Of a stretch of DNA of 64,000 nt, positions 18,518 through 29,903 are shown piece by piece. The stretch is from the IMG/VR virus record IMGVR_UViG_3300017991_000048, positions 186,001-250,000 of that record; one strand, written 5' to 3'. How positions within the stretch are numbered: the first letter of the stretch is position 1; the number at the start of each line of letters is the position of its first letter. The notes beneath the pieces were generated by a model, which made no database searches, had not been told where the DNA came from, and was given only the letters and a program-made list of their open reading frames with translations. Position numbers and translations under genes: made by a program.

Positions 18518-21500
18518 TAAGAGTCCACATAAATCTGAATAGAAGCCGTTCCCGGATCTCGAACCAATCTATAATCGTGATACGCGCCGTCATAAAAATC
18601 GAACGGTATACCACCTACTGTCTTTCCATTGTTCAGGTCCACTGCGAGAACATAACGCTCTCCTAGAGGTGTGGTTACAAAAGCTAATCCAACCGTTACA
18701 CCAGGAGATGAGAATCCGAGCCGAATCTGACTGTCTCCAAGTCCGCCTGTGGAGTCTTGGAGCACCTTGAGCCTGAACAACACTTCTGTCTGAAGACTGA
18801 TTGCGTCCGGTAACGGAGTATTGTTCCGGTACGTGGTCCGTGTTCCCACGATATCGGTGCCGTAGGTCAAGATCCCGGCAAAAGCGGTAGCAAACTGATG
18901 GGATGGATCATCGCTGACTCTTGACCAGGGAGTTATAGCCGTGGGGTCGTCCTCTGGTAAAACACTACCATCGTAGTTCAAACAAACCCGATCATTGAAA
19001 TACAGCGTATCGTATCGTGGATTACAAGCATCGCTGAAAGGAGCGATCAAATCCGGAGTACCTGTGCTTGTTTCAATAACCTTCAAACAGTTATACAGCA
19101 CATCGTCAGGAACAATAATTTCGATCTTCTGTGATGCCTCATTCAGCAAAAACCCTTGGCTATTTAACACGTCTTCAGGGCGATTAAGACCGACAGTTGA
19201 GGTCAGAACCGGCGTGGGGTTTCTAACTTCATACGTTTGAGTTGACGGGACCAGGGGCGTATCGTCGTTCAACAGAGTAAAAGCTACAAGATTTGGATCA
19301 CGAAGGAAGTCTGGCTCAGTTTGAGGCGGAATGCCCTGTGACTCGCTCCAGAAGTTTGTATGAGTATGTGGGATAGTAGTCCGATGGTGCTCATAAGACG
19401 CCATTATGTTCCGTTGATTAAGAACTTGATGGTGTGGAACAATTCCCAACTCAGACTGAAAGCGTACAGCGCCCAAACGTACATAATCCCATGAAGTCTG
19501 AGAAATATTTGTAGGGTCAAAAGCGCCCCACAAAACAGACGGTAGACGATTGGCGACGGTCCAGGCAATTCCGTTTATGCTCCGGGGAAGATCCAGGCTG
19601 CTGTAATCGGCATGAATCCAAGGGTCAACAAGAGAGTCAAGAAAGACTGAAACTCCACCAGAAGAGCTTTTTACAATCCTATACTTATGGAAAGCAGACC
19701 AATCTGTCTCAATTACTATTCGATAGTCTACTTCCGAAGGTTGGACTGCGAAAGCTGTTGAAGTAGTAAGCTTCGTTACGTCTGCACCAGGGGCAACAGC
19801 GGCAATGGTATAAACACCTTTGTTTGATCCGTCATCAACAACTAGCTGCTCGCCAACCAGAACACCCGCTGCTATAAAATCAGCTTGTGGGTCTGTGAGG
19901 GTGTTCCCGGCAACAGCAGCCCCGCGTCCCGTTGTTCTCAAAGGAAGATGATACCCAATCAAAGAATCTGAGTCAGTGCCCTTCCAGATACCAGCAAACT
20001 TTTTGACATTATCGCTTGCTTGCCAAACTCGCCAAAAGTTCGAGTACGCCCACAGCACTGTGGATCTTGCCAGCACACTAAGCGGAGTAGCCGAGCCGAA
20101 AGACACCACGCCCACTGCTGAGAAGGGCGGGACATCGAAATCACTATAATCTATGGAGCCTGTAAAAACGCCATCGATGAACAAACTTACCAGATTACCC
20201 GACGTGGATTTGATAGCGCGGTAAGTATGAAACTCGTTATCAAACCAATCAAAAGCGAATCTACCGGCCACTTTAGGAACGCCATCGGAATGAAATGTAA
20301 CATACCGTTGGCCCGTGATCTCTTCAAACATGACTCCAACAGACCGTAAGCTGTCATACACAGAGGCCATAACTCCAGTGTAACCAGCAATGTCTGCTGT
20401 ATAGCTCAACACCTGGGTTCTGAACTCAAAGATATAATCGGTGTCATGGCCGACTGTTCTGGTGTCTGTGCTTACCGGTTCCGAATCGTCCAAATGATAA
20501 ACAAGACCATCGGTAGTCGTTGTATCCTCTATCCGCAGGTGTTGGCCGACCATGGTTGCTGAGGCACCACCGGTCTTGTTCCACAAGTAAGGCTCAAACT
20601 CTTCCGGAAAAGCTCTGCCCCCATAGCTAAACTTAGGGGCAGCCCGGTCCGGAAAAAAGCAAAGCTGAATTAAGCGATTCCCATCGTCGATAGCCGCCAA
20701 AACTGCGTTCGGCGTGATACCGTGAGTATGAGTATACAAAGCTAAGTTTACATCTAAAACCGTATCATAAGCTTCTTCAAGAAGAGGCTCGATACGTGAA
20801 TACCCTTTAAAATCCCCGCTGATAAGACCCGCTGCACTTGACGAAGGCAGATCCGTTGCACTGGTAGAGTCAAGCAGTAAGAAATCGCTGCTCAGAATGG
20901 TTTCTGTCCCGTGGAACCCTACCGGAGTCCATGGTTGGGAAGCGTCTTCTGGCGGCGTTGTGGCCTCATAAGAAATATAGATCGAAGGGGCCGTTTGCAA
21001 TGGATTGATCGGAATCGAGGTGTATCTAACAAAATTCCATGTAGACGTGTTTTGCGCCTCTCGTGACAGGGAGCCAAAAAAGGCACCTTGCAGTTCATTG
21101 AAGGGGTCATTCAGTTCCTCAAGAAACGGCAACTCATCGGGAGTCACTTGTAAAACGGGAGTAATCGAACCATTTATATATACGGTGATAACCCCGGTTC
21201 GATCCCGGAATATACGATAGCTACTGAGAACACTCCAATCTTGATCGGTCGGCGCATCTGTGGGACTGCCAGAGGCATCCAACCCTCCTGTCCAGGCTGA
21301 GATGTCTGAAGGGTCGTTTCCCGACCCGGCTTTCAAAATCCCTATCTTCTTAACTCCACCTTCATCTAAAAATCCGACTACAGTAGCCTTTTCATCGTCC
21401 GCATAGCCGACTGCAACCCCTGTGAATACTCCTTCTGCCGTCAAAACAGCATCAACCATCATTCGCCACGCAATGGCAAAAACATGCTGGTATGTCAGAT

Positions 21501-23691
21501 CGATAGATCTGGTCCAGTACATGGGGTGCCCACTTGGGAAAGGCCCAGTAGTAGTGTCAACCACCACAAGTTGAGTGCCGACAATCGAGGCAGTGCCCAT
21601 GCCCTTTCTTTCCCACGGGGCGGTCGGGTCGGATTCCGGTAGTGTGATAGGCTGGTAATTGACAAATTCCTCCGCCAATGTGCGTGACATAGGCGGGAAA
21701 GCGATTTTATGAACCGGAGAGTTCAGTAGCAGCAGGTTTGGGTCGTTCAAAGCAACCGAGTAGGCCCTCTCATAGGCCCGGTACTTGAGATCCCGTTGTA
21801 ATGGTTGGTCAATCCCTGCCCTGATATCCAAAGGCACAAAAATGTCCGGTTGGACAAGCGTATTGTTATAACGGTACTTGTGCTGAGTGGAGTCTACCGG
21901 ACGGTTATTATCTCGGTTCCAATTGTTCAGCCTAAACTCTTTTGAATTCAATCGGCGGAGATCAACGACGGGATTACAGATATAACAATAGTCCACATCC
22001 ACGGTATCCGTTGGATCAGGAACCGTGGACAATACGATTTGACCCATCAGCCCTACAACGGCATCAGGAGCAACCGGAGCGCCATTGATTCTAACTGTAA
22101 CATCGGTGGGGTCGTCAGCAATTTCACCATTTCTAGGGTCAAAAAGTTCCCACGTGATAGACCCACTCGCCGGGTCCGGTATGCTAAAGCTTGCCACTAC
22201 CTTAATGACTGTGGCCGAAACTCGTTGGGTGATCTTGAATGTACCAGCGTTAATAACGGTTCCCGTCAATGTAATGTAAAGACCTACATGTGACGGTAGG
22301 ATAGCCGCTGTTGGAAGGGTTAGCTGAGTGGCGCTGTTTACCGTGGCTGTGGTGCCACCTTGTATACTTTCCGCTGGTTTCGTAATCGGACCCCGATCTG
22401 TAAAAATACTACGAGCCGTTATCGCCGGGGTGCCTGTGAAAATCGCTTTATTAAACACAGGACTGAGAGGGTTGCCAGCCGCGTCGTAAGGCGTGGATGT
22501 GGCGTTTACGGTCAACTCATAAGAGCCAGACCCTATTCCCGCTGTCGTCAACATTACTTCTGTGGAAGAGACGGTTTGGACAGTTTTAACTAATACTGTA
22601 CTAGGCCCTGTGATTCCATATTCTCCGGAATCTAACAGTACGGAATCGATCCGCATGTCGTCCGAAAAAGTGACAATTATCTGACCGTCTTCTAACTGTT
22701 CAGCCTGTGTTACCTGGGGCCGATCCGCTACCGCTGTATAAGTCTGAGAATCCTCATAAACCGCTCCAGAACTGTCGTAGAGCCCCTCAACTTCTAAGGT
22801 ATAATCTTTACCTCCGGTGGGCTTTGAGGTTGTTAGAAAGACGCCTTCGAGCCCTCTGGTATGAATCCAGGGGATAGCACCGTTCTGCGGGTCCAACACC
22901 ATCAAATCCCGGTCTAACTCTACCGAACCGTCAGAATAAACCTGAACGACCTGAGCAAACGGAATGTTGTTGGCAGCGCTTTGTAAGGATATGAAGTCTC
23001 CGACCTGGATCGGCATAGAGGCTTCGACCAGGGTAAGCTTCCGGGAAAAAGTGGAGATATGCCTCAGGTCCGCCTGAAAGCTGGAGTCGCCTTCGAGGAC
23101 TGCCGATGGTTCGGGAGCCGCTACAAGTCCAGATTCCCCAGAAAGTGATGCCTGAATCTCCTTGGCAATAGTAGGGGTTGCCGAGAAAGAAGAGTCTCCG
23201 CTGAAAACATCAGCACGATAAAGCTCGCCCTGATCAGTTATAGACGAAGAAGCCGCCATGGTGCTTTCAGCAGCCAAATCTTGATTTACGGTTGCCGAGA
23301 AACTAGAAGCACCTTCAATTATCGGTATCGGTTCGGGGTATGCCGATAGCTCAGACTCCCCGGAAAGTCCAGCTTCAATAACATTTGTAGCTAAGGGTAC
23401 AGCCGTAAACGAGGACTCTCCTTGCACCTCCATCTCAAGTGGCGTGGTCGAAGACAACTCCGCTGTCATGGACGAAGAAGCTACCATCGCGCTCATATTG
23501 TCAGAGTAGTCTCCGACAAAGCCCACGCCTGATTGGATTACCGTATACTTTAGTCCCACCTCTTGGATGGTCACGGGAACAGCATCCGTCCCTGGTTGAA
23601 TCTGATAATTGGACACATTTTGAGCGTCTTGGAAGGACAAGAGACTTCCGAACGTTACATCCAATACAATATTGTCGCTGACTACAATCAT
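18517..23691 (-). CDS. large multidomain baseplate/receptor-binding structural protein (1724 aa)
   Basis: N-terminal Ser/Ala repeats, an Ig-like unit, and four repeated lectin-like units ending (F/Y)HxYR. Confidence 0.6.
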   Translation of the reverse strand: MIVVSDNIVLDVTFGSLLSFQDAQNVSNYQIQPGTDAVPVTIQEVGLKYTVIQSGVGFVGDYSDNMSAMVASSSMTAELSSTTPLEMEVQGESSFTAVPLATNVIEAGLSGESELSAYPEPIPIIEGASSFSATVNQDLAAESTMAASSSITDQGELYRADVFSGDSSFSATPTIAKEIQASLSGESGLVAAPEPSAVLEGDSSFQADLRHISTFSRKLTLVEASMPIQVGDFISLQSAANNIPFAQVVQVYSDGSVELDRDLMVLDPQNGAIPWIHTRGLEGVFLTTSKPTGGKDYTLEVEGLYDSSGAVYEDSQTYTAVADRPQVTQAEQLEDGQIIVTFSDDMRIDSVLLDSGEYGITGPSTVLVKTVQTVSSTEVMLTTAGIGSGSYELTVNATSTPYDAAGNPLSPVFNKAIFTGTPAITARSIFTDRGPITKPAESIQGGTTATVNSATQLTLPTAAILPSHVGLYITLTGTVINAGTFKITQRVSATVIKVVASFSIPDPASGSITWELFDPRNGEIADDPTDVTVRINGAPVAPDAVVGLMGQIVLSTVPDPTDTVDVDYCYICNPVVDLRRLNSKEFRLNNWNRDNNRPVDSTQHKYRYNNTLVQPDIFVPLDIRAGIDQPLQRDLKYRAYERAYSVALNDPNLLLLNSPVHKIAFPPMSRTLAEEFVNYQPITLPESDPTAPWERKGMGTASIVGTQLVVVDTTTGPFPSGHPMYWTRSIDLTYQHVFAIAWRMMVDAVLTAEGVFTGVAVGYADDEKATVVGFLDEGGVKKIGILKAGSGNDPSDISAWTGGLDASGSPTDAPTDQDWSVLSSYRIFRDRTGVITVYINGSITPVLQVTPDELPFLEELNDPFNELQGAFFGSLSREAQNTSTWNFVRYTSIPINPLQTAPSIYISYEATTPPEDASQPWTPVGFHGTETILSSDFLLLDSTSATDLPSSSAAGLISGDFKGYSRIEPLLEEAYDTVLDVNLALYTHTHGITPNAVLAAIDDGNRLIQLCFFPDRAAPKFSYGGRAFPEEFEPYLWNKTGGASATMVGQHLRIEDTTTTDGLVYHLDDSEPVSTDTRTVGHDTDYIFEFRTQVLSYTADIAGYTGVMASVYDSLRSVGVMFEEITGQRYVTFHSDGVPKVAGRFAFDWFDNEFHTYRAIKSTSGNLVSLFIDGVFTGSIDYSDFDVPPFSAVGVVSFGSATPLSVLARSTVLWAYSNFWRVWQASDNVKKFAGIWKGTDSDSLIGYHLPLRTTGRGAAVAGNTLTDPQADFIAAGVLVGEQLVVDDGSNKGVYTIAAVAPGADVTKLTTSTAFAVQPSEVDYRIVIETDWSAFHKYRIVKSSSGGVSVFLDSLVDPWIHADYSSLDLPRSINGIAWTVANRLPSVLWGAFDPTNISQTSWDYVRLGAVRFQSELGIVPHHQVLNQRNIMASYEHHRTTIPHTHTNFWSESQGIPPQTEPDFLRDPNLVAFTLLNDDTPLVPSTQTYEVRNPTPVLTSTVGLNRPEDVLNSQGFLLNEASQKIEIIVPDDVLYNCLKVIETSTGTPDLIAPFSDACNPRYDTLYFNDRVCLNYDGSVLPEDDPTAITPWSRVSDDPSHQFATAFAGILTYGTDIVGTRTTYRNNTPLPDAISLQTEVLFRLKVLQDSTGGLGDSQIRLGFSSPGVTVGLAFVTTPLGERYVLAVDLNNGKTVGGIPFDFYDGAYHDYRLVRDPGTASIQIYVDS

Positions 23692-23697
23692 AACCTT

Positions 23698-24513
23698 CTA
23701 AAAGTCATCGGAGTGGTCCTCTCCGGTGACACACACGTTTACTTTCTTTCCAAGCCGGTCACGGTCCCGAATACCCTGCCAGTAAGACCGGAAATCATCG
23801 TAATAATAAATACCCATTCGCCAACGCATTGCGTCAAGAACCTTTCCAATAGGGTCATTTGGAAAGTACTCGTCAGAAAAGATATAACGGATACGGAAAA
23901 GTGTGTGCGCTGGACGTACAAGATCCAAGATTTGACGGATTGCTGAGTCCGCGTTGAACACGTCAGGCGGGAAACCACCGCCAGCCGGGACTATATAATC
24001 GATGTTAAAACCAAACTGATCCGAAATGTCCAACCCGCTTGCGCCCTGACGGAAGAGTAAAAAGTTCTCGGTGACCTCGATGTCTCCTGTTAAGAAGAGA
24101 TCAACAGTGTCACTCATTGATTCCGGGACCGAGCCTTGGAAATAAATCCGGATTAGGTTCAAGAAAAAGTTGCGGAACTCTTCATCCGAGAATCCCAACT
24201 CCGGTAGCTTGCTGTTGACAAGCACCAAGTACCCTACAATAGACCACAGAAAATCCGACCGGGTAGTCGCATACTCACGGTCACGGTCAACATCTTCCAA
24301 AGCCAACTCCAAACGAGCTATCTCAACAGCCACGGCTTTGAGAGCTTGCGTATAGTTGGGGCCTTGCACACTTGACAGGTAATTAGAGGGCAAGAGATTC
24401 AGTAATGTGGTGAAGATAGTCTGCGCTCGCTGGACAAGACGAAGATTATACTCTTTGCCTTTTTGCTCCAACGTCGAGTTGAGACGGTCATCACCGAAAA
24501 CAAATCTAGCCAT
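23698..24513 (-). CDS. baseplate wedge protein (P2 gpI/XkdU-like)
   Basis: Follows baseplate J; LLPSNY and ILDLVRPAHTLF motifs. Confidence 0.65.
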   Translation of the reverse strand: MARFVFGDDRLNSTLEQKGKEYNLRLVQRAQTIFTTLLNLLPSNYLSSVQGPNYTQALKAVAVEIARLELALEDVDRDREYATTRSDFLWSIVGYLVLVNSKLPELGFSDEEFRNFFLNLIRIYFQGSVPESMSDTVDLFLTGDIEVTENFLLFRQGASGLDISDQFGFNIDYIVPAGGGFPPDVFNADSAIRQILDLVRPAHTLFRIRYIFSDEYFPNDPIGKVLDAMRWRMGIYYYDDFRSYWQGIRDRDRLGKKVNVCVTGEDHSDDF

Positions 24514-24520
24514 TACCGCC

Positions 24521-27500
24521 TCATACTTCCGTATAAGCCCTATACGTTATAGTGAATACACCCAAGTTCAGAACTTCCATCGAAGCCACGGTAATATCAT
24601 TAGCCCCTGTCTGGCCTCGAATTACATAACTTACCGCGTAAACATGATCCTCAGGATTATCCGGAGGTGTTCCAGAGCCCAACAATGACAAGACTATATG
24701 ATTTGCCGTTCGACGGAGCCGTTCAGCCTCATACTCACTGGGCAAAAACCCTTCCGCCGCAAGCGTGGCGTCGTCGGAGTATCCCATAATCACAGCGCCA
24801 CCAGAACCAATTATGTAAGCTTGATTATCCGCCGAACACACGAGAGCTAAAGTGCTCGAAAGGGTCATCGCCTCATCGTCTTGAAAGACCCCCTTATGCT
24901 CTGTCTCAAGACCACCGCCGTCAGTTGTAGGTGACCCTACAGGATTGCTCAAAATGTAAGCCAGATTGCCACCAAGATCGAGAGACTTCACAGCCGACTC
25001 TCCGGTGGTCGTTTTGGCATATGTTGAAAGAACCGACTCTCGGAGCTTTTGACTGCCGTCTGTGTAAGCCATCAGCGCCATGGGCAACACATTAAACTGA
25101 ACGCCTGTGCTATCGTTGATCGCTGCGTCCACATTCGACTGGGCCACATCTTCTCCGATGAGCTTCTTGTTCAAATCGAGAGACACATTGTTACGGATGA
25201 TTGGATCGCTCTTATCTTTAGAGGCTCCCTGTTCCAACTGGACCGTAGTCTCGATAGCAATTGAGTTCAAAACCGCCTGTTTGACAAGCACGTCAGCAGT
25301 CACATGCCGTTTGTTATTAATTATGTCTTGTAGTTGCTGGATGAGGTCATTGATTACATAAGTGACGATGAAGTTTTCATCATGCACATAGTCAACTGAC
25401 ACCTCTTGGCCATTGGCAATCTGGGACGCTGAAGTCCTCACAATTCGAGCCGGGGTTGTCGCTGTGCCCTCAATAATCTCAAAATCAGGCGCTGCGGCTG
25501 TAGGCCCGTCATACTCAACGGTCCGCTGCTCATTATACACGCGGAGTGTTGCCGTGTTGACACCAATAGAGCTTAGAGGCTCCTGCTCAAACCCTATAAG
25601 CACGTGAAGCTCATCATTGACTTGAATAGTATCACCACTTGGAATACCGCCCGATGGAGTAATCGCCACGTAGTTTTGGGCAATTGTGCTCTCCCCGTCC
25701 AAAAGAGGGTCATCTGTCTTATATAGTTGGTAGTGGGTACTTGGGTCTAATGCTCCTGATACCTCTCCTACGACAGAAACCACACGACGCACCGGCTGAA
25801 GCGTCATATAAAACCGATTGACAACCTGGAATCGATAGTCCGCAAAGATTATATCGTCGATCATTGTCACAGGCTGAGGGATACTCGTATCGATCTGAAA
25901 GGTCTGATAGTCTAAAATCGCCACACCGGTTAGGTCATAATCAGCCCCTACGGTGGCGTTACGTACCCCAAGCCCCTGAGAAGGATTGTTCAAAATCTCA
26001 ATTATAGGAGTCGTGGGGGTTACACGAGAGTCCAGAACACGGAAAATCAAATTAGTAAGGTCGATAATCTGGCACTGGGTATCGCGAGCTACATCAAATG
26101 TGAAAGCAAAAGTGTCTTGGACCTGTCTTTCCTGGACTCCCTGAATCCAAACATCAACCTTACCTCCAATGTGCTTTTTCCGCACATCGTCATAATCTCG
26201 CATCATTAAATCGTCGCCGCTTTTGACAATCTTATTCTTTATGACCCCGATTTTGGCGGCGGCAGTTGCGGCGTAGCCCGTCTCAGTTCCAGTATCAACA
26301 GAAGCAAATGCCAGTATGGAGCGAGAGGCTAAGTTTGCGTTGGATTCCTGGTCATCTCCAAAGACGGTGGCTGACTCATTAATAGCCTGGAGCCCACTGA
26401 TTCCTACCAATGTTGTGATAGATCCAGCCGGGACATTTCCTGCTGAACCCGCTGCTTCCGCTATAATGGAAACTCGTAGCTCGTAGCGTCTGGCGTCAAA
26501 GTTATAATAAGCCTCAGCATTGTCAGCGGGGAGTACAAAAGAGCCGCCAATTCTAAAACGTTGTGCCGTGACGCCTGTCTCTTCATCCGCCGACGATACT
26601 GCAAAAGATCCCGCTGGCACCGTTATATCAGTACTTGGCCGGGTCGCGGTATAAAGAGTCAGTGTCCCAGTAGCTTGTCGGCCTGCCAGTCGTGTCAAAT
26701 TGACGTTAGCTGCCAACTTATCAAACTGCTGGTCAATCAATGACTGTACGGACGAATCGTTTGTGTAGCCGAGAGCCGCTTTGAGCGCCTGCTTATAAGC
26801 ACTGCTACCAACAGGGTCCGAAACCCCATCGCCACCTACGTTATCAATAGCGAGCAATGTCAGGAAACTCTGGCTCCGATGGACGAAATCCAGCAAGAAC
26901 CAGATACGCTCAGCTTCCGACGCAAACGGGTCAATGTTTACATCTCTGGAAATCGAACCGGGAATCAGAGAGATTTCAGCATTAACTCTTAGAACCGCAT
27001 TCACGTAATCTGTAACAATTTGGGCTTGAGTCCTACCCGGTAAATCCCGGATCGTTGTGTCGATAACCAACGGAGATCCGAGAACCTCTTGTGAGTACGG
27101 AGTCTCTATCTCTGCGTTTATCGTGGAATCCCAATAAACCCCCGTCGTCACGTAATAAAGAGGGTCTGAGTCTGGGACACTGATAAACTGGTCCGTATTA
27201 ATGATCCCAGTCCCACCGGCTCTGTCGTGCGTAAAGACCAGAAACTCGTTGAACTCAAAGTTTTGAATAACGCTCGTAAACCTCAGACGACCCGCCAGGG
27301 CTGCATTATCATGGTAAGCATCCAGGCGTACTTCTAACTCATTACCGAACTCGTCTTCCTCAGAAAGCCTCAGACGCAAGTTCTTAGAAGCGCTCACTTC
27401 CCACTCGGCTATATCATCATAAGCCGTAATATCATCTTCTTCATACTCAGTGGGGCTCGTTATGGGCTTTTCATTGATCTTGTAATACCCGCTCGTACCA

Positions 27501-28018
27501 GCCGGTTCCACTGAAGCATAGAAGTTGAACCCCAGAAAGGTCGCTGCGTCCGCAGTGACGACAATGAGGTCACCGTTTTCGTCCTGAATCACATTTGTCA
27601 AAGGCTCTGGTTTAGCGACAAGAATGTCTATAGTGTTACGATTCCGCCTGACCCGGATGCCTGTAGGTGTAGGTGTGTTTACTTCATCTATCTCTGGCAC
27701 CCGCGTTACAACGACCGATGAGGTAGCCGAGACACTGCCTACAATATCGATGGTACGGATGAGAATTGTATTGACCCCAAACTCCAACGGAAGCCCTGTA
27801 GGGTAAACCGTTAGATTCGGAATCGTGAAAGCCTGTAGATTAAAACTGACCAAATCCGGATCAGTTACAAAGGCCCCACCGTTTATCGAGATCTGTATCG
27901 AGACAGTTGGTACGTCTACCGTACCTTCAATGAAAATTGCTTCTTCATTCGTGGTAAATACGAGATTTGTTGTATAACCACTACCGTCCCGGAGCGCAAT
28001 TTGTGGTGCTGTAGCCAT
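24521..28018 (-). CDS. baseplate J-like wedge protein with extensions
   Basis: FDKLAANVNLTRLAGRQATGTL, AEAAGSAGNVPAGSI, GDDQESNANLASR, GGKVDVWIQG. Confidence 0.85.
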   Translation of the reverse strand: MATAPQIALRDGSGYTTNLVFTTNEEAIFIEGTVDVPTVSIQISINGGAFVTDPDLVSFNLQAFTIPNLTVYPTGLPLEFGVNTILIRTIDIVGSVSATSSVVVTRVPEIDEVNTPTPTGIRVRRNRNTIDILVAKPEPLTNVIQDENGDLIVVTADAATFLGFNFYASVEPAGTSGYYKINEKPITSPTEYEEDDITAYDDIAEWEVSASKNLRLRLSEEDEFGNELEVRLDAYHDNAALAGRLRFTSVIQNFEFNEFLVFTHDRAGGTGIINTDQFISVPDSDPLYYVTTGVYWDSTINAEIETPYSQEVLGSPLVIDTTIRDLPGRTQAQIVTDYVNAVLRVNAEISLIPGSISRDVNIDPFASEAERIWFLLDFVHRSQSFLTLLAIDNVGGDGVSDPVGSSAYKQALKAALGYTNDSSVQSLIDQQFDKLAANVNLTRLAGRQATGTLTLYTATRPSTDITVPAGSFAVSSADEETGVTAQRFRIGGSFVLPADNAEAYYNFDARRYELRVSIIAEAAGSAGNVPAGSITTLVGISGLQAINESATVFGDDQESNANLASRSILAFASVDTGTETGYAATAAAKIGVIKNKIVKSGDDLMMRDYDDVRKKHIGGKVDVWIQGVQERQVQDTFAFTFDVARDTQCQIIDLTNLIFRVLDSRVTPTTPIIEILNNPSQGLGVRNATVGADYDLTGVAILDYQTFQIDTSIPQPVTMIDDIIFADYRFQVVNRFYMTLQPVRRVVSVVGEVSGALDPSTHYQLYKTDDPLLDGESTIAQNYVAITPSGGIPSGDTIQVNDELHVLIGFEQEPLSSIGVNTATLRVYNEQRTVEYDGPTAAAPDFEIIEGTATTPARIVRTSASQIANGQEVSVDYVHDENFIVTYVINDLIQQLQDIINNKRHVTADVLVKQAVLNSIAIETTVQLEQGASKDKSDPIIRNNVSLDLNKKLIGEDVAQSNVDAAINDSTGVQFNVLPMALMAYTDGSQKLRESVLSTYAKTTTGESAVKSLDLGGNLAYILSNPVGSPTTDGGGLETEHKGVFQDDEAMTLSSTLALVCSADNQAYIIGSGGAVIMGYSDDATLAAEGFLPSEYEAERLRRTANHIVLSLLGSGTPPDNPEDHVYAVSYVIRGQTGANDITVASMEVLNLGVFTITYRAYTEV

Positions 28019-28026
28019 TCGAAAAC

Positions 28027-29142
28027 CTAACTCGAAGTGGTCAATTGTTGAGTAGTGACCGAACTTGTTAACTCTAACGCTTCTGGTAGCTTCAACCCAC
28101 GAGTGAGTTGAATAGGGTTATTGGACCGATTTTGAACAGTGACCGTAACAAATATCACGGTCGGATCTTCATTATTCTGCTCCAAAACCACCGATAAAAG
28201 CCTAAACGGAAACTCTCTATCCGTTACGATTTGACCTACATTATCCTCTTGCTGGCGTTTGATGGATTGCCAACGATTGAAAGCCTGATGAAGGTCAGAA
28301 GTAATTAGATTCTGAGCAAAACCGCCCTCTACTATCTTCTTACCGATGGCCTCTATAAGTTGAGTGCCGTACCACGTATGGAATGGATTGCTTCCCTGGA
28401 TTGTGTAGAAATCCTTCTGTAGCTCTTGTATGAGCAAGTCTTCATTACGGATTTGAATGATCTTTCCGTCCAGGTCATAACGCCAGTCGTTTTCCAGCCC
28501 GACTCCCCCACATCGTCGGCATTCCTCTCGTACCGTGACATACGAAATCTCAACAAAATCCGAATCACTTCTCAGAGGTTCATCAAATATGATCAATCTT
28601 GTAGGCCGGTCTTCAAGAGTAGACGGGTCGCTGACCAAAGCCCAACCGGGTGTAAGCTGCTGTCCTCTGTAATTACGCTGAGTTGCGAAGCCAAAGACCT
28701 CCGCAGCCGTACTCGTATCTTTCAAGAAGATGCTATTTGCGGGACCGGCTTCTTGAGTGGACAGGGCCAGACGTTCATTTATAACGGAAAACGACGCCCC
28801 TGTAACTTGACGATTCAACAAAGCCGCGACCCGCGTAGCAGCCATTTTATCCAAAGTTGGGAGTGTGAGCCTCTGGACATCACCCTGGTTCACAGTCATT
28901 TCTAAGATGTCATTAACTCCAGTTGTGACGCTGAAAGGCCCTCTTTTGGTGCCTGACGTCTTCGCCGGGAGAAACACGCCAGAAGACGGAACAGAAATCT
29001 CGTTGTTAAGTAGGACTTTGACCGACGTTGTAGACGAGATTGGGCGTAACGGACGGACAGTTATACGATCATCGGCTATAAATAGAGCCTCTTCAGTCAC
29101 TTCGTGTGGGCACAACTGATCTATCCGCAAATCAAATGACAT
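28027..29142 (-). CDS. gp25/GPW-like baseplate protein with N-terminal extension
   Basis: C-terminal DLLIQ...GSNPFHTWYGTQL; directly upstream of baseplate J; CPH...CRRC possible Zn site. Confidence 0.65.
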   Translation of the reverse strand: MSFDLRIDQLCPHEVTEEALFIADDRITVRPLRPISSTTSVKVLLNNEISVPSSGVFLPAKTSGTKRGPFSVTTGVNDILEMTVNQGDVQRLTLPTLDKMAATRVAALLNRQVTGASFSVINERLALSTQEAGPANSIFLKDTSTAAEVFGFATQRNYRGQQLTPGWALVSDPSTLEDRPTRLIIFDEPLRSDSDFVEISYVTVREECRRCGGVGLENDWRYDLDGKIIQIRNEDLLIQELQKDFYTIQGSNPFHTWYGTQLIEAIGKKIVEGGFAQNLITSDLHQAFNRWQSIKRQQEDNVGQIVTDREFPFRLLSVVLEQNNEDPTVIFVTVTVQNRSNNPIQLTRGLKLPEALELTSSVTTQQLTTSS

Positions 29143-29144
29143 AA

Positions 29145-29876
29145 CTACTCTTGAGGTTTTACAAGACCATCCAAAGTACGTTCATACGATCGTGCTGTGG
29201 CACCCTTCTCACCCGGCATGTAAGGTGCCACAGGAGCCCGTGCGAACTTCCCATGGGGATCACGCTCTTTATCATCCCTTGTGATCGCCATATATTGACG
29301 ATCATTCGCCAGCGTCTCCATCTCACGGATGTAAAACTCCAAAGATCCGTCTGTTTCCGCACTGGCCTTAAGTAGCGTTAATTCGCTAATTTCAGCTTCT
29401 AACTGTTCTGCATAATCTATGGCTCGTTTAATCTTACGCTCCAGGGCATCCTTCCGCCGCTGGAGATCCCCACTGACCCACTTTCTCATACTCTGCATCA
29501 GAAGCGAGGATTCAGCGTCAGAAAGCCCTAAAACACCCACAACCTCGCCGTTGCTCAAAAGCTGAGGGGCCGAAGTCTCGTCTCCAGCCAACTGGAACAC
29601 AGGTTGTGAAGTGGTGCGAACCTGTAAATCGTACTCAGCATCGCCACCTAAAACCTGATAAGTCGCGAAAAGCTTCCCAATGTAGGTAGTTGGATCGTAC
29701 TCGAAAGCTGTGGGTATCCCACCATCGTCATAAGCAAAGGCCAAGCTGCCAATACGGTTGTGCTCCGCTGTAAGATGAGCAATCCTAGCATCTATCAATT
29801 CAACCTGATCCTGTACATATTCCTTGAACCGGTTGAACTGACTGACTGTAAAAGTGCCGTTGAACTCGAAAGCCAT
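29145..29876 (-). CDS. hypothetical coiled-coil structural protein
   Basis: 243 aa, AGGAG RBS, in the baseplate operon. Confidence 0.55.
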   Translation of the reverse strand: MAFEFNGTFTVSQFNRFKEYVQDQVELIDARIAHLTAEHNRIGSLAFAYDDGGIPTAFEYDPTTYIGKLFATYQVLGGDAEYDLQVRTTSQPVFQLAGDETSAPQLLSNGEVVGVLGLSDAESSLLMQSMRKWVSGDLQRRKDALERKIKRAIDYAEQLEAEISELTLLKASAETDGSLEFYIREMETLANDRQYMAITRDDKERDPHGKFARAPVAPYMPGEKGATARSYERTLDGLVKPQE

Positions 29877-29903
29877 TTTAGCTCCTACTGTTAGACCGCA
29901 CTA

